NCBI GenBank assembly: GCA_964648105.1
Contig: CAZYMH010000001.1
Location: forward strand, 143,999-207,998
Length of the DNA stretch: 64,000 bases
Direction: 5' to 3'
From: an uncultured Candidatus Saccharibacteria bacterium
Lineage (GTDB): Bacteria; Patescibacteriota; Saccharimonadia; Saccharimonadales; 2-12-FULL-41-12
The notes beneath the pieces are model-generated. The model made no database searches, was not told the DNA's origin, and saw only the letters and a program-made list of their open reading frames with translations. Shown here piece by piece: positions 20,068 to 29,613 of the stretch. Numbering within the stretch: position 1 is the first letter of the stretch; every line of letters begins with the position of its first letter. The translations under genes were made by a program, and so were the position numbers.

Positions 20068-20681
20068 TTAACTTGATTCCTTTTTCGCTCAAACAAGACA
20101 TAGTTTATGCCCGTAAAAATAACTTGTTACTCCATTGGACATTCGCCCTACTGGCTTCGTTATTAGGGGCATGCCTAATCATTGCCCTTGGTATGTTGCT
20201 GCTAATTGGTACGACTAACAAATACCAAAAAGAGACCACTCAAAAACAGACTGAACTTGAAATGCAAAAAATAACTGAGACCCAAAAACAAATCGAAGAT
20301 TACTCGAGTAATATTAAGTTAGCTAGTGATGTTTTATCTAAAGAAGTTTTATTCTCGAAATTATTAAAACAATTAGGTGCTGCCTTGCCTGAAAATAGCG
20401 TACTACTCAGCTTACAAATCAGTGATTTACAAGGAAGTGTGAGTTTATCTGCTGGAGCAAAAAGTTTTAACGCTGGCTCTCAGGTGCAAGTCAACTTACA
20501 AGATCCAAAGAACCAAATATTCGAAAAAGCTGATATCGAAAATATTAACTGTACCACTCCGACCGATACATCAGAAACACTCAGCAAATACCCTTGTACT
20601 GTCCAAATAAAAGCATTATTTAACAACAAAAATCCATTCTTGTTTATTGATTCAACTAAAAAAACGGAGGTGAAGCCATGA
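20064..20681 (+). CDS. pilN: PilN-like bitopic membrane protein
   Basis: 205 aa. N-terminus is MINLIPFSLKQ, followed by a TM helix and a coiled coil. It has a 4-nt overlap with pilM. Confidence 0.55.
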   Translation: MINLIPFSLKQDIVYARKNNLLLHWTFALLASLLGACLIIALGMLLLIGTTNKYQKETTQKQTELEMQKITETQKQIEDYSSNIKLASDVLSKEVLFSKLLKQLGAALPENSVLLSLQISDLQGSVSLSAGAKSFNAGSQVQVNLQDPKNQIFEKADIENINCTTPTDTSETLSKYPCTVQIKALFNNKNPFLFIDSTKKTEVKP

Positions 20682-21319
20682 AATTAACTCCTAAGAAGTT
20701 CCACTACGTTATGATTGGTGTAAATGTACTGCTGGCAATCTTAATAATGGTTGTTGCTTATTTTGGCTACACCCTAATCAATAAACAAACTGCCAAGCTA
20801 ACTTCAGCCAAGGCTCAAGCCAAGATCGCTTCTGATCAACAAATTTCCTTGATTACAGCCAAGAAAGATCTGCAAAACTACAGCGAACTTAACAAAATTG
20901 CTCAGTCAATTGTTCCTCAAGACAAAGATCAAGCCAAAACTATTCGTGAAATTAATAAAATCGCCAGTGAAAAAGGAATTGTTATCAAATCGATCTCATT
21001 TGACACCTCCAATTTGGGTCAAAAAAGCCCAACTCCCTCAAGTGGAACTTCTTCAACTTCAGCAACTTCGGCAACTACCAAAGCTCCACCAATTAGCCAG
21101 CTCCAAAAGGTAGAAGGTATGACCAATGTTTATGCCTTACCGATCAATATTGCCACCGACGAGAGCAATCCAATTGCTTATGAGTCACTAATTCAATTTT
21201 TAGAAAAACTAGAGAATAATCGTCGAACTGCACATGTTACCAATATCTCAATTAAGCCAGATAAAAAGTCTGACAAACTCAGTTTTTCACTAAAATTAAA
21301 CGCCTACGTAAAGCCATGA
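20678..21319 (+). CDS. PilO-like bitopic membrane protein
   Basis: 213 aa with an N-terminal TM helix, a coiled coil and an S/T-rich linker. The call rests on its position after pilN. Confidence 0.45.
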   Translation: MKLTPKKFHYVMIGVNVLLAILIMVVAYFGYTLINKQTAKLTSAKAQAKIASDQQISLITAKKDLQNYSELNKIAQSIVPQDKDQAKTIREINKIASEKGIVIKSISFDTSNLGQKSPTPSSGTSSTSATSATTKAPPISQLQKVEGMTNVYALPINIATDESNPIAYESLIQFLEKLENNRRTAHVTNISIKPDKKSDKLSFSLKLNAYVKP

Positions 21320-21624
21320 AAAATATAAGTTTTAACCCAAAAAATCTATTAGCAAAATTAATCGCTATCGAGAGTAAGATTCACCGTTACTTTATTATAA
21401 TTTTCATCGTTTTAATTTTGTGTGTTTATGGTTTTTTGATATTTGCAATCAGTCAATCTGCCCAAAAAGAGCCATCGGCTGATCAATTATCAACAGGTAA
21501 CGAAAAATTAACCAAACTTAAAGTTAACCAAAGTGCCGTCAACACCATGAAATCTCTCGAAGATCAAAATGTAACAGTCAAAAGCTTATTCGAGCAAGCC
21601 CGAACCAACCCTTTCAACGAATAG
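21316..21624 (+). CDS. Small bitopic membrane protein, last gene of the pilus block
   Basis: 102 aa with a single TM helix. It is translationally coupled by a 4-nt overlap. Confidence 0.4.
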   Translation: MKNISFNPKNLLAKLIAIESKIHRYFIIIFIVLILCVYGFLIFAISQSAQKEPSADQLSTGNEKLTKLKVNQSAVNTMKSLEDQNVTVKSLFEQARTNPFNE

Positions 21625-21626
21625 TT

Positions 21627-22262
21627 TTAGTGAATACTGCCTGGGTTTTTACTCAAGAACATTTGCCGTGCATCCAGGATTGCCCGTGCATAAGCATTCG
21701 GGTTTGGACAATAATGAAATGTAAAGTTATTTTGCTCGCCTGCTGTTTCGATCACCAATGTTCCATAGTTAAACATCGTTTGCAAAATCCCCTTTTGTAG
21801 AGCTGTTACATCTTCTACATTATTCATCGATAATTCTGATACTTTGCGGCTAAATAGACCAGTTTGCAAAACCTGAGTAACGTTTACATCGCTGATTATT
21901 ATCTGATTAGACTGATAAATACGAGTGACCAAAAGTAGCATAATTAATGCCACGACTATTACAATTGCCCCGATACCCAAAAATAAGCCAGTTATTTGGC
22001 TACCCATCGAGCCTGTACCACTAGTCAGCGACGGCAAGAAGCCAAAAATAAACACAGATGCGACCGCCAAGCCAACCATAACTTGTATGTATATTAAGAA
22101 AAGTCCAAATGGATGACGCCGAACATCGGCAATTTTTGTTTCATCAGCAGCTAAACCCTCAATCCTGCCCATCGGATTAAAAACAGGTTTGCGATGCTTG
22201 ACCGCATCTGGAAGAATATCTGTTTCTTCTTTATCCTGAAATTTGTCTGCTAGGTTCACCAT
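21627..22262 (-). CDS. Membrane-flanked bacterial PH domain (bPH_2/DUF304, YdbS/T-like) protein
   Basis: 211 aa. RRHPFGLFLIYIQ is followed by two TM helices and then a soluble C-terminal domain. Confidence 0.5.
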   Translation of the reverse strand: MVNLADKFQDKEETDILPDAVKHRKPVFNPMGRIEGLAADETKIADVRRHPFGLFLIYIQVMVGLAVASVFIFGFLPSLTSGTGSMGSQITGLFLGIGAIVIVVALIMLLLVTRIYQSNQIIISDVNVTQVLQTGLFSRKVSELSMNNVEDVTALQKGILQTMFNYGTLVIETAGEQNNFTFHYCPNPNAYARAILDARQMFLSKNPGSIH

Positions 22263-22277
22263 AGTTACTACTAACTA

Positions 22278-23312
22278 TTATACCAGTTTTGTCTGAGGGT
22301 CGTCACTAGGCGGCTTCTTGCCCAAATGAATATAGGCTTTGTGAGTAGTTCGTCGTCCACGCGGTGTACGCTCGAGCATGCCAATTTGCATGAGATAAGG
22401 CTCAAAAAAATCCTCGATTGTACTGCGTTCATCACCTGTAATTGCCGCCACGGTATCGAGGCCAACTGGTCCACCATTGTAATGTTCGATTATCGCTTCT
22501 AAGACACGTCGATCGGCTGGATCTAAACCAACTTCATCAATTTCGAGCATATTCATAGCATTGTCGGTCGTCACCACGTCAATAATTCCATCGCCGTTAA
22601 CATCGGCATAGTCTCTCACCCGTTTGAGTAATCGATTGGCGATTCTAGGGGTTAACCTCGATCGGCTTGCCAGCTTATCAGCGGCCTGTTTATTAATCTC
22701 AATTTCTAAAATGCCAGCCGCTCGTTCGATAATTTTAGTAATATCTTCGGGTGTGTAAAATTCTAATCGATGCTGAATACCGAACCGATCCCTGAGCGGT
22801 GCCGCTAAAGAGCCAGTTTTGGTGGTTGCTCCAATAATCGTAAACTTAGGTAAATCTAACCGTAGACTCCTTGCTGAAGGGCCTTTACCAAGCATAATAT
22901 CGAGCTTAAAATCTTCCATTGCCGAGTACAAAACTTCTTCAACACTTCGGTGCAAACGATGAATTTCATCGATAAACAAAATATCACCGTCTTGCAAATT
23001 AGTCAGCAAACTAGCTAAATCACCTGCTCGTTCAATTGCAGGACCACTTGTTATCCGAATATTCGCACCCATCTCATTGGCAATCACACTTGCCATGGTG
23101 GTTTTTCCAAGCCCAGGTGGGCCATACAGCAGTACATGATCTATCGGTTCACCGCGTTTTTTGGCAGCAGCAATCGCCACTTTGAGGTGCTTTTTTAAGC
23201 GATCTTGACCAATATAGTTACTAAAATCTCTGGGCCTTAAGTTATTCTCGATTTGTTGCTCAACGACATCTGAATCATCGCTGCCACTATTAACGATTCT
23301 TTCAACTGCCAT
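22278..23312 (-). CDS. ruvB: Holliday junction branch migration ATPase RuvB
   Basis: 344 aa with GPPGLGKTT and LFIDEIHRL motifs. The track ORF 22271-22477 is a shadow ORF. Confidence 0.95.
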   Translation of the reverse strand: MAVERIVNSGSDDSDVVEQQIENNLRPRDFSNYIGQDRLKKHLKVAIAAAKKRGEPIDHVLLYGPPGLGKTTMASVIANEMGANIRITSGPAIERAGDLASLLTNLQDGDILFIDEIHRLHRSVEEVLYSAMEDFKLDIMLGKGPSARSLRLDLPKFTIIGATTKTGSLAAPLRDRFGIQHRLEFYTPEDITKIIERAAGILEIEINKQAADKLASRSRLTPRIANRLLKRVRDYADVNGDGIIDVVTTDNAMNMLEIDEVGLDPADRRVLEAIIEHYNGGPVGLDTVAAITGDERSTIEDFFEPYLMQIGMLERTPRGRRTTHKAYIHLGKKPPSDDPQTKLV

Positions 23313-23893
23313 TAGAATTGTGCCTTGAGTGCTTGTTTAATACGCGTTTCGGTATCGGCTGATTTATCAGTGTTATCAAGTGCTTTTTGGGCATCATATT
23401 CACTATAACCAAGAGCCACCAAAGCTTGCAAAGCTTCGTCATTAACATCAATTCCACCCCTACTAACTAAATTTTCGGCTTCGCTAGAGCTAATTAGGCC
23501 GACTTTATCGCGTAATTCGACGATTATCTGCTCGGCGGCCCGTTTACCAACACCTTTAGCTAATTGAATTTGCTTTACATCGCCACTAGCGATTGCTTGT
23601 TTGATTGTACTTTCAGATCCGATACTCAAAATCGCTAAAGCTACTTTTGGGCCAACATTTTTAACGCTCAGAAGTTGATTGAACAGCTTGATAGTACTTT
23701 GATTTAAAAATCCATACAAATCATAGGCATCCTCGCGTATATTCTCAAAAATAAATAACTTGGTTTTAACACCTAAATTAATCGACTCATAATCTAGCAA
23801 ACTTACTCGTACGCCGTAGCCAACACCTGCCACGTCGACCACCACGCTTTCCAAATCTTTATCGACAATAACACCGTTCAAATAACTAATCAT
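23312..23893 (-). CDS. ruvA: Holliday junction DNA helicase subunit RuvA
   Basis: 193 aa. N-terminus is MISYLNGVI, with HhH motifs ([22 protein letters not shown]). Confidence 0.9.
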   Translation of the reverse strand: MISYLNGVIVDKDLESVVVDVAGVGYGVRVSLLDYESINLGVKTKLFIFENIREDAYDLYGFLNQSTIKLFNQLLSVKNVGPKVALAILSIGSESTIKQAIASGDVKQIQLAKGVGKRAAEQIIVELRDKVGLISSSEAENLVSRGGIDVNDEALQALVALGYSEYDAQKALDNTDKSADTETRIKQALKAQF

Positions 23894-23909
23894 TATAATT
23901 AATTATACT

Positions 23910-24626
23910 CTATTCGAAATCTGGAGTCTCGAATAAACCGTTTGGATTAAAAGTTATCTCTTCCCTTTTCATAAATATATATCCAAGACGCATGAATTTT
24001 TGCTTGATAGTTTTTTCGATTGATTTATCAAATTCTTCGGGCAAAATAAATGGGCCTTTTTTGCCTCGATACTCTTTTACCATTAAACCAGTTTCGGCAA
24101 CAGCTCGATTTTCTAAAGAACAAAATAACGCAGGTGAAGTCATTTGGTATCGATGAAAATCTTTAGAAATTCTGTTGGGCTGGTTGGACGGGAAAAAATG
24201 CTTAATATCTTCATCAGATAGTTCATCATTGCAACCATCAAACACATTGCCTCTTGATCTAAACAAGCACTCATCAACAAAAATAACCGACCTCATATAT
24301 GCTAATGAGGCTAAACTACCTAAAGTTTCAATAGTTTGTGAGGCTTCACTGTCTTTCTCTGGCGAAGTAGGATGAGCTACTGCTACATTTACCAACTTAT
24401 CTTGCAGAGAAGTTTTTTCCCATTCTAGTAATCTAACTAATTTTTTATCAGCATCTACATTTGCTTCAACATGATCAGGTTTTATGCTACATAAATTGCA
24501 GTAATCATTCCAGGTAGCTTCTGGCGAAGTAGCATATTTTTCGCAGATTAACTCCTCTACATTATCAGTAATATTTGGTCCAATTGCTAAATATGGAACT
24601 AAAGAGGTTGTATTAGGTTTTTTCAT
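23910..24626 (-). CDS. Hypothetical protein inserted between ruvC and ruvA
   Basis: 238-aa ORF with no recognisable motif and no TM helix or signal peptide. It has several Cys residues. Confidence 0.4.
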   Translation of the reverse strand: MKKPNTTSLVPYLAIGPNITDNVEELICEKYATSPEATWNDYCNLCSIKPDHVEANVDADKKLVRLLEWEKTSLQDKLVNVAVAHPTSPEKDSEASQTIETLGSLASLAYMRSVIFVDECLFRSRGNVFDGCNDELSDEDIKHFFPSNQPNRISKDFHRYQMTSPALFCSLENRAVAETGLMVKEYRGKKGPFILPEEFDKSIEKTIKQKFMRLGYIFMKREEITFNPNGLFETPDFE

Positions 24627-24633
24627 TCAACTA

Positions 24634-25110
24634 CTATACAACTTTTGTCATGCTGTGACAAATAGCAGCAGCCAATGCATCAGCACAATCATCTGGTTGG
24701 GGAGCATTTTTTAAACCCAAAATTATTCTGACCATCTCTTGAATTTGTTTTTTATCGGCTCGACCATAGCCAGTTAGAGCTTGTTTGATCTGCAATGGCG
24801 TATATTCATACAGGTCTAGGCCAGCTTTAATACCAGCTAGTAGCACAACGCCGCGAGCTTGACTAACACTCATCGCAGTGGTTACATTTTGTGCAAAAAA
24901 CAGTTTCTCGACCACCATTACTTTAGGTCGAGTTTGCTCGATTACCTCCGTTAGTTCATCATAAATTGTCTGCAAACGAATGCTATCATCTTGCTTGGGC
25001 GGAGTTTTGATTACACCTGCATCTAATAATTTTGGTTTGCCACCAGGTACAACCTCGATCACGCCAAAACCCAGAATACCGGTACCTGGGTCAATTCCTA
25101 AAATTTTCAT
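24634..25110 (-). CDS. ruvC: Crossover junction endodeoxyribonuclease RuvC
   Basis: 158 aa with MKILGIDPG (catalytic Asp) and VVEKLFF motifs. Confidence 0.9.
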   Translation of the reverse strand: MKILGIDPGTGILGFGVIEVVPGGKPKLLDAGVIKTPPKQDDSIRLQTIYDELTEVIEQTRPKVMVVEKLFFAQNVTTAMSVSQARGVVLLAGIKAGLDLYEYTPLQIKQALTGYGRADKKQIQEMVRIILGLKNAPQPDDCADALAAAICHSMTKVV

Positions 25111-25746
25111 TTAACTCAGTAGCTCCTGATTTTTACCATTTATCGTATACACTTGGCCATCTTGTAAAGTTTTGTAAGGCAATTTATGCTTTTTGTAGTA
25201 ATTAACTAGGGCATCGGCTTTGGCCCTAAACCAATCCGACTGATAATGTACCGATAGATAGAACTCAGTTAAGTGTAGACCCTCCCAAATAATCTGTTTA
25301 TTATAAATTCGCTTAACAGCATCAGGATTATCGGCCATTTCAACTCCATGCAGAGACGGACAAGCCACTAGCGAGCCAGCACTTGAACCACCGTATACAA
25401 ATTGATTGGTCTTCAAGTATTTAATCAAGATTTGATCCAAGCCAGAGTCAAACATTGCCCGCCTTAGCAAAAATGTATTACCGCCAGTCGCAAAAACTAA
25501 GCCAGAGTTTTTAATCTCATTTTCTAGTTGAGTGCTTTTGCCAAAATAATTTCTGAGGTCAAACTCCTTAAACTGGAAACCCAGAGCTTCGAATTCGACC
25601 TTGTGAACTGGGATTTTTTGGCTCCGCTCTTGCTCGGAATAATCTTTGGCATTACTGATATAAGCAACTGTTCGGTTGCTACCAACCATTTCAAGTAACC
25701 GATTGGCATGGTTGCCAACATTTTGAGAGGATAAATAAAGCCTCAT
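25111..25746 (-). CDS. Peptidase S51 (dipeptidase E-like)
   Basis: 211 aa with GGNTFLLRRAM and GGSSAGS (nucleophile Ser region). Confidence 0.7.
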   Translation of the reverse strand: MRLYLSSQNVGNHANRLLEMVGSNRTVAYISNAKDYSEQERSQKIPVHKVEFEALGFQFKEFDLRNYFGKSTQLENEIKNSGLVFATGGNTFLLRRAMFDSGLDQILIKYLKTNQFVYGGSSAGSLVACPSLHGVEMADNPDAVKRIYNKQIIWEGLHLTEFYLSVHYQSDWFRAKADALVNYYKKHKLPYKTLQDGQVYTINGKNQELLS

Positions 25747-25765
25747 ATCAACATTCGAAGATTCC

Positions 25766-26494
25766 CTAACCTTCTACGCCATCAGCAAACTCAAAATTTA
25801 CATGGGTATTAACGACATCGTCTAGATTCTCAAGAGCATCCATCAACCGATCAATTTTGCCTGCAGTTGCGTCATCTTCGATTACTACAGTGTTATTTGG
25901 TACATAAGTCAGTTCACTATCAGTTAATTCTAAGCCAATATTTTTGAGCTTATCACGGACATTGGTGTATTCTTTGGGGTCGGTATAAACAATAATTTCA
26001 CCATCATCTTCCTCGGCATCATCGGCTCCAGCATCTAATACTTGTAATAATAAATCTTCGCCCGTTCCCTTGATAGTTATCATGCCCTTACGCTCAAACT
26101 GAAATGCGACCGAGCCTTTTTCGGCCAAATTGCCACCATGTTTGGAAAAAGCCGTTTTGACGTGTGGCAAAGTTCGATTGACGTTATCAGTGGCACACTC
26201 TACCAAAATCGCACTACCACCTGGACCATAGCCCTCATACATTACTTCCTGCAAAGCATCACCGCCAAGCTTGCCACTTCCTCGGTCGACAGCATTTTGA
26301 ATATTTTTGGCAGGCATATTGGCTTGCTTAGCTTTATCGATTGCTAGACGCAAAGCGAAGTTCATGTCAGGGTCACTGCCTGCTTTGGCAGCCACAGCGA
26401 TCGCATTACCTAGTTTAGTAAAAATTGCTCCACGCTTAGCGTCTTCTATCGCTTTGCCTCGATGAATTTTTGCCCATTTACTATGTCCAGCCAC
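25766..26494 (-). CDS. YebC/PmpR family DNA-binding transcriptional regulator
   Basis: The track ORF extends to 26560. GTG at 26494-26492 follows AAGGAG and yields the canonical N-terminus (M)AGHSKWAKIHRGK. Confidence 0.9.
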   Translation of the reverse strand: MAGHSKWAKIHRGKAIEDAKRGAIFTKLGNAIAVAAKAGSDPDMNFALRLAIDKAKQANMPAKNIQNAVDRGSGKLGGDALQEVMYEGYGPGGSAILVECATDNVNRTLPHVKTAFSKHGGNLAEKGSVAFQFERKGMITIKGTGEDLLLQVLDAGADDAEEDDGEIIVYTDPKEYTNVRDKLKNIGLELTDSELTYVPNNTVVIEDDATAGKIDRLMDALENLDDVVNTHVNFEFADGVEG

Positions 26495-26600
26495 TAATTT
26501 TCTCCTTTTTCCACTATTTTTATAGATTATACCATAAATACACCTTAAATTCTCTTGCACAAAACAAACTAATTATGTTTAAATACTTATTATAAAAACC

Positions 26601-27287
26601 ATGCGAAACCAAAATAAAATAAAAATTATCAGTTACAACTTACGCTACCACCGAGCGGGCGTCGAGCTTGAAAAATTAGCCAAATCTTACGATGCCGATA
26701 TTTTATGTATCCAAGAATGTCGTGGTAGTAATTTACCAGACGAAATCGGAGATCTTATTTTGGGTGACAAAACCCCCAATTGGCGTTTGAACATTGCCGT
26801 ATACTACCGTAAAGACCGTTTTACATTAACCGAATCAACATCTTATGTCCTCAAAAAAGCCTTTTTGGAATGGCTATTTATGCCAGAAATGGAACGCTTA
26901 ATAGTCACCAAAGTATATGACCGATGGAGTCAAAAAGAAGTCTGTATTGGTGGCTTTCATGCCACAAGTCATGTGGCCACTAATTATGTTCGCAAACGCC
27001 AAATTAGTGCGGCTCACCGAGTTTTATTAGAACACAGTGAAGGTTGTCCGACAGTAATGGTTGGCGATTACAATTATTTACTATTTAAACGCGGTTTGAA
27101 AATGCGAATTGAAAAATCTGGCTACCAACTGACTCTTAGCGACCGACCAACATATTATTTCAACAAATACGTCGGTGTTAGATTTGATATGGCAACTAGC
27201 ATGAACGCCTGTATTGAAGGAGTTAAGGCTCTACCAAAAAGTAAACTGTCTGACCACACACCGATTTTGGTCCAATTGTCAGTCTAG
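26601..27287 (+). CDS. Endonuclease/exonuclease/phosphatase (EEP) family protein, cytoplasmic
   Basis: 228 aa with IISYNLRYH, ILCIQE, VGDYNY and SDHTPI motifs. Confidence 0.65.
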   Translation: MRNQNKIKIISYNLRYHRAGVELEKLAKSYDADILCIQECRGSNLPDEIGDLILGDKTPNWRLNIAVYYRKDRFTLTESTSYVLKKAFLEWLFMPEMERLIVTKVYDRWSQKEVCIGGFHATSHVATNYVRKRQISAAHRVLLEHSEGCPTVMVGDYNYLLFKRGLKMRIEKSGYQLTLSDRPTYYFNKYVGVRFDMATSMNACIEGVKALPKSKLSDHTPILVQLSV

Positions 27288-27295
27288 TACCGCCC

Positions 27296-27324
27296 TTGAT
27301 TTTTTAGTATAAAAAGTGTATAAT
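27296..27324 (+). promoter_or_regulatory. Candidate sigma70-type promoter upstream of tRNA-Lys
   Basis: TTGATT (27296-27301), a 17-nt spacer, then TATAAT (27319-27324). It lies about 65 nt upstream of the tRNA. Confidence 0.4.
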
Positions 27325-27388
27325 CCATTAAGTTGATTTTGACGATTTCTATCTGTTAAAATAATTAAATATCCATAGTAATAACTAT

Positions 27389-27464
27389 GGGCCTGTAGCT
27401 CAGTTGGTAGAGCAGTGGCCTTTTAAGCCACGTGTCCCGGGTTCGAGCCCCGGCGGGCCCTCCA
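27389..27464 (+). tRNA. tRNA-Lys (anticodon UUU), CCA encoded
   Basis: GGGCCTGTAGCTCAGTTGGTAGAGCAGTGGCCTTTTAAGCCACGTGTCCCGGGTTCGAGCCCCGGCGGGCCCTCCA. It has anticodon loop CTTTTAA and T-arm CCGGG-TTCGAGC-CCCGG. Confidence 0.9.
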
Positions 27465-27472
27465 GAATAAGC

Positions 27473-27504
27473 ACCTACTTATAATTTAAGTAGGTTTTTA
27501 TTTT
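27473..27504 (+). terminator. Rho-independent terminator after tRNA-Lys
   Basis: ACCTACTT (27473-27480) pairs with AAGTAGGT (27488-27495), followed by TTTTTATTTT. Confidence 0.7.
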
Positions 27505-27531
27505 GGAGCAAAAAAATCTTATACTTAGGCT

Positions 27532-28218
27532 ATGGCAATGAGCGTGCAACATATTGGATTAATTTTAGATGGCAATCGGCGGTGGGCCAAAAAACATGGA
27601 TTGTCGCCGATCGAAGGCCACCAAGAAGGTTACAAAAATCTCAAAACAATTGTCGAAGCTGCTTCTAAATACGACATCAAGTATATAAGTGCTTACGTCT
27701 TTTCATCAGAAAATTGGTCACGCACTAGCAGCGAAGTTAGTGGGATTATGAAAATTTTATCCTGGGTCCTAAAAAATGAGTTAAATTATTTTCACGCTAG
27801 AAATATTCGTTTACTTTTTGCTGGCCGACGCAGTCATCAAAGCCCACAACTAATCAAACTAATCCAAAATGCCGAAAACTTAACCCGAGATAATGATTTG
27901 ATAACAGTAGTCATTTGCCTAAACTATGGTGGCCAACAAGAAATCACCGATGCCGTCAAACAAATTATCGCTCAGTCTGTGCCAGAAAGCGAAATTACCC
28001 CTGAACTTATCCAAAAAAATTTATACCTACCAGACTTGCCTTTGCCAGATTTGATTATTCGCACTTCGGGCGAAAAACGGCTTAGTAACTTTTTAATTTG
28101 GCAATCAGCTTATAGCGAACTAATGTTTGTTGACAAATTGTGGCCAGATTTTACGTCAAACGATCTAAAAGATTGCCTTAATAATTACCAAAATCGATCG
28201 CGAAGATTCGGTAAATAA
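27532..28218 (+). CDS. uppS: Isoprenyl transferase / undecaprenyl-diphosphate synthase
   Basis: 228 aa with ILDGNRRWA, the SxENWxR region (SSENWSR) and IRTSGEKRLSNFLIWQ. Confidence 0.9.
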   Translation: MAMSVQHIGLILDGNRRWAKKHGLSPIEGHQEGYKNLKTIVEAASKYDIKYISAYVFSSENWSRTSSEVSGIMKILSWVLKNELNYFHARNIRLLFAGRRSHQSPQLIKLIQNAENLTRDNDLITVVICLNYGGQQEITDAVKQIIAQSVPESEITPELIQKNLYLPDLPLPDLIIRTSGEKRLSNFLIWQSAYSELMFVDKLWPDFTSNDLKDCLNNYQNRSRRFGK

Positions 28219-28255
28219 GTTTGCGGATAACCACACAACATGCTAATGTTTAGGT

Positions 28256-28603
28256 ATGAATTTATCTAAACTTTTCAGCTTCGGCAAAAAAAATAACTCA
28301 AATACATCAATGCAAGCAGGCCAACCAACGCCTCCACCAGCCAACCCAATGGCACCGAATAATCCGATGGATGCTGGTAGCCAAAATATGCCTCAAAATT
28401 CACCACCTAGTTCGGACTCTGCCTTACAACAGCCTAGTTCGGCCGAGCAAATGCAACCAACGGTTGGTCCTAGCCCAATGCCACCTGCCGACCCACAGCC
28501 AAGTGTCGATCCTAACATGCAACCACCAGTTAATAACCCTGAAGTTAGCCCACCGCCAGCAAATGACGGCGTAGTGCCTCCTCCAAACTCTCAACAACAA
28601 TAA
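28256..28603 (+). CDS. Pro/Gln/Asn-rich low-complexity protein (possible intrinsically disordered protein)
   Basis: 115-aa ORF, roughly one-third Pro, with no TM helix or signal peptide. Coding status is uncertain. Confidence 0.3.
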   Translation: MNLSKLFSFGKKNNSNTSMQAGQPTPPPANPMAPNNPMDAGSQNMPQNSPPSSDSALQQPSSAEQMQPTVGPSPMPPADPQPSVDPNMQPPVNNPEVSPPPANDGVVPPPNSQQQ

Positions 28604-28614
28604 TTAGTAAATTA

Positions 28615-29115
28615 TTATTTTTTGCCGTGTTCGTCGTGAATGTGTTTCGGCAAACTTAGCCAAGTAAAAAACAAAGCCAATAATCCACAAGCAATTATTA
28701 TAAAATTTTTGTAGCCATCTATTTGGCCATAGCTGGCAATATCTAAATTGGTTTTGATAATTGGCACCAGCTTGTATAAAAACATAGCTAATAAAATCAT
28801 CGCCACAGTTACCAAACCGACATTTATTGCTATTTTGCCTCTAGCTCGGCCTCGCAAAAACAAAATACTTAGAAGTAGTGGCAAAACCAATAAACCTATT
28901 TGGGTATTTTGATAATCACCTAGCCCACTAACTTTGGCTACAAATCCATAAATATCACTACTAACTTGACTACTAAGAATATAGCCAATTAAGACGCTCA
29001 AAACTACCGCGTGCGAAGGAACTCTAAGATACAAAATCAGTCCAATCAGCCCTAATAATACTGCTAAAACCAAAATTATTTGCATATTATACATAAGCAT
29101 AATTCTAGCACGCAT
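28615..29115 (-). CDS. Integral membrane protein, unknown function
   Basis: 166 aa with about 5 hydrophobic helices. Confidence 0.4.
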   Translation of the reverse strand: MRARIMLMYNMQIILVLAVLLGLIGLILYLRVPSHAVVLSVLIGYILSSQVSSDIYGFVAKVSGLGDYQNTQIGLLVLPLLLSILFLRGRARGKIAINVGLVTVAMILLAMFLYKLVPIIKTNLDIASYGQIDGYKNFIIIACGLLALFFTWLSLPKHIHDEHGKK

Positions 29116-29133
29116 ATCAGTAATAAAAAATTA

Positions 29134-29613
29134 TCAAAATACTAGCGTCGAGCCAATACTCATATTTTGCTGACGAGCAACACCCGCATTTACTTCTAGC
29201 ACATAACGGACATCATCTTCGCAAAAATTTTGCGGATAAGTATTGGGGCTAATATTTTCATCTAAAGAAAGAATCTTTTTATCTTTATCTAGCCAGATGA
29301 TATCCAAATTAAACTTCATATCTCTCATCCAAAAACATTGCTGGCCCGAGTTTTCAAAAACAAATAACATGCCCTCGTTAGTAGCTATTTTGTCTCGACC
29401 CGACAAACCTTTCATTCGACTCGTATCACTATTAGCAAGTTCGTATCGAATGTCACAAGAATCAAATTGACTATCAATACAATTTTTGTATCTGTTTTGG
29501 GTAATTAAGACGAAAACAAATAGACCAATTACTAATAAGCATAAAAAGACAAAGAACTTATTAAGCCCCAACGCGATCTTTTCGTCTTCGGCCTTTGGCA
29601 TTATTCTCGACAT
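29134..29613 (-). CDS. DUF192 domain protein with N-terminal anchor
   Basis: 159 aa with MKGLSGRDKIATNEGMLFVF...FWMRDMKFNLDIIWLD. The annotated start overlaps the rimK 3' end by 53 nt. TTG at 29571 would reduce the overlap to 11 nt. Confidence 0.65.
   Translation of the reverse strand: MSRIMPKAEDEKIALGLNKFFVFLCLLVIGLFVFVLITQNRYKNCIDSQFDSCDIRYELANSDTSRMKGLSGRDKIATNEGMLFVFENSGQQCFWMRDMKFNLDIIWLDKDKKILSLDENISPNTYPQNFCEDDVRYVLEVNAGVARQQNMSIGSTLVF

Noticed and set aside
28371-28574. Alternative-frame ORF inside the Pro-rich gene, and the question of whether 28256-28603 is itself real
   Set aside because: The internal 67-aa ORF has no start context and is rejected. The 115-aa Pro/Gln-rich ORF is kept only at low confidence, because low-complexity sequence gives long ORFs by chance.
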